A DNA stretch of 64,000 nucleotides from a virus (lineage: Duplodnaviria > Caudoviricetes), in IMG/VR virus record IMGVR_UViG_3300024264_000029, positions 664-64,663 of that record. One strand, given 5' to 3'. Shown here in pieces: positions 62,657 to 64,000 of this stretch. A model generated the notes under the pieces. It was given only the letters and a program-made list of their open reading frames with translations, did no database searches and was not told where the DNA came from. Each line of letters starts with the position of its first letter. Position 1 is the first letter of the stretch. The position numbers and the translations under genes were made by a program.

Positions 62657-63081
62657 TACGGTGGATCAGTTTCTTCCAAAAGAAATCCACCTGTAATATA
62701 AATCTCAGGGTCTTCTTCAAGGAAACCCTGTTCATCTAAATGATTCACACCCTCATCCAAATAACCATCGATGAGGCTTTGTGTATATTCATTCCCCTCA
62801 ATCTCTTCAAAGGAATTTAAATCATGGAAACTATATTCTTCATGACCATCTGTTACATGATCCAAGTGACATTCTTCAAACCCATCATAGAGGTTCAGCC
62901 CATCTTGGTTCCAGTTCGGAATCAATCCGTCAGGAGATTCTAAAACGTGAAACAAACCCCTCTTCCAATTAATATCAATTTTCATTAAAATCTTTTTCTC
63001 AATATTCACAAAGTTAAGTATTTCATTAATGCCATACTTCTCTCTTGGTGTCAATTCATACCACTGCATTTTCTCTTCCAT
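62653..63081 (-). CDS. Hypothetical acidic protein
   Basis: 142-aa ORF. Confidence 0.6.
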   Translation of the reverse strand: MEEKMQWYELTPREKYGINEILNFVNIEKKILMKIDINWKRGLFHVLESPDGLIPNWNQDGLNLYDGFEECHLDHVTDGHEEYSFHDLNSFEEIEGNEYTQSLIDGYLDEGVNHLDEQGFLEEDPEIYITGGFLLEETDPPY

Positions 63082-63248
63082 GCTAATTCAAATCCTTCTT
63101 CATAATCCGACAGAGGAGCTCCATTGCTTCCATCGATCCACAATCTCTTAAAATAACCATTATAACAATCCAATGCAGTCTGATCACTTTCTGCAATATG
63201 TCCTTTGACAATCCAGAACAATCTATATGCTTCCTTTAGACTACACAT
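63051..63248 (-). CDS. Hypothetical protein
   Basis: 65 aa, immediately after the promoter at 63254..63282 (near-leaderless). Confidence 0.6.
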   Translation of the reverse strand: MCSLKEAYRLFWIVKGHIAESDQTALDCYNGYFKRLWIDGSNGAPLSDYEEGFELAWKRKCSGMN

Positions 63249-63253
63249 AGATC

Positions 63254-63282
63254 ATTCTAACAGAAATATTCAAAGATGTCAA
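63254..63282 (-). promoter_or_regulatory. Early sigma70-type promoter
   Basis: TTGACA-N17-TAGAAT. Confidence 0.75.
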
Positions 63283-63287
63283 GAGAT

Positions 63288-63770
63288 TTACCACCAACCA
63301 GCTCCAAGTCCTACAGAAAAAAGAATACCCCCAACAATAGCAATACCAGCAAACAATAAAAACAAAACAATAAGAATTTCAAAAAACGCCTTACGTCTTT
63401 CCTCTTGCTTATATAAAGTCTCTTCTCTTTCCTTCCTTATCTTTCTACGCAACTCAACCATCTCTTTCCATGTACCAAAACCAAATCTAATATTCAGCAT
63501 GTCTTGAAGTTGCTTCTCCTGTTCTTCCAATTTCTTCTTATGTGTGATGATTGCTAAGGCTTCTTCCTCTACAGAACCACTCATAAACAACTTAGTAAAA
63601 ATAGGGGGGTTCTTTCTCTGACTCTCTGCACGATTCAAATCTGCAGCTGCTCCATACCACTTCCCTAATTGTCCAACAACATCCTCAATTTCTCTCCCTG
63701 CCGCCACAAGTTTCTTAACTCCATTGAATGCAGCAGTTGCCGCTGAAATTGCTGTGATAGGATCTATCAT
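63288..63770 (-). CDS. Conserved phage protein with C-terminal TM segment
   Basis: MIDPITAISAATAAF..VKK.V.AGREIED...QLGKW.GA...SVEEEAL; GGAG RBS. Confidence 0.75.
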   Translation of the reverse strand: MIDPITAISAATAAFNGVKKLVAAGREIEDVVGQLGKWYGAAADLNRAESQRKNPPIFTKLFMSGSVEEEALAIITHKKKLEEQEKQLQDMLNIRFGFGTWKEMVELRRKIRKEREETLYKQEERRKAFFEILIVLFLLFAGIAIVGGILFSVGLGAGWW

Positions 63771-64000
63771 ATTACTTCTCCGTTTTCTGCATATACAAAA
63801 CATATTGAAAAACGAATAATACCAATTCTACTCAGAGATATTTATGAAAAGGGGCTGAGAAGATTTGCCCCCCGAAAAAAAAAATTTTAAAAAACGCTTT
63901 TGGAAAATACTTTGAAAATCTCTTAGGGATCTTGGGGATTGCTGCTATAGCACCTTGACATCTCAGAATATGGGACCCACTCATTTAAACATACGGCTCA

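Noticed and set aside
63840-64000. Origin or genome terminus in the A-tract-rich end of the window
   Set aside because: It is truncated by the window edge; only A-tracts and a weak hairpin are visible.

Overview
This is an AT-rich segment of a large T4-like myovirus genome. The host is most likely an alphaproteobacterium, probably a marine Rhodobacteraceae-type cell, inferred from the permuted tmRNA with an ANDN...LAA tag, the c2-type cytochrome, the aa3 oxidase subunit IV-like gene and the DUF1127 gene. Positions 1-39 kb (minus strand) hold late virion genes: three paralogous giant structural proteins, fibre proteins, a VrlC/DUF4815-like protein and baseplate genes gp8, gp7, gp6, gp25, gp5, hub, gp53 and gp48, several with TATAAATA late promoters. 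Positions 39-44.4 kb (plus strand) hold gp4, gp2, a gp54-like gene, gp26, gp51 and a tape-measure-like gene. Positions 44.4-64 kb are an accessory/early region with a respiratory gene cassette, gp32/gp59/gp33, a Cas4-like exonuclease, phoH, an M15 endolysin, Mom-like and SET-domain enzymes, five tRNAs, a half-size Na+/Pi cotransporter and a stand-alone sigma70 region 4. The most notable signals are non-coding. (i) A 45-47 nt two-hairpin RNA motif occurs twice with fully covarying stems and conserved loops. (ii) There is a complete two-piece tmRNA plus a second, covaried tmRNA tRNA-like domain that lacks its tag and lies inside a 78-bp direct repeat. (iii) A probable -1 frameshift fuses gp26 to gp51. 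(iv) Early promoters carry the GcrA/CcrM-type YGATTCG motif. (v) A manA-like RNA lies in the tRNA cluster. All family assignments come from motif recognition by eye; no searches were run.
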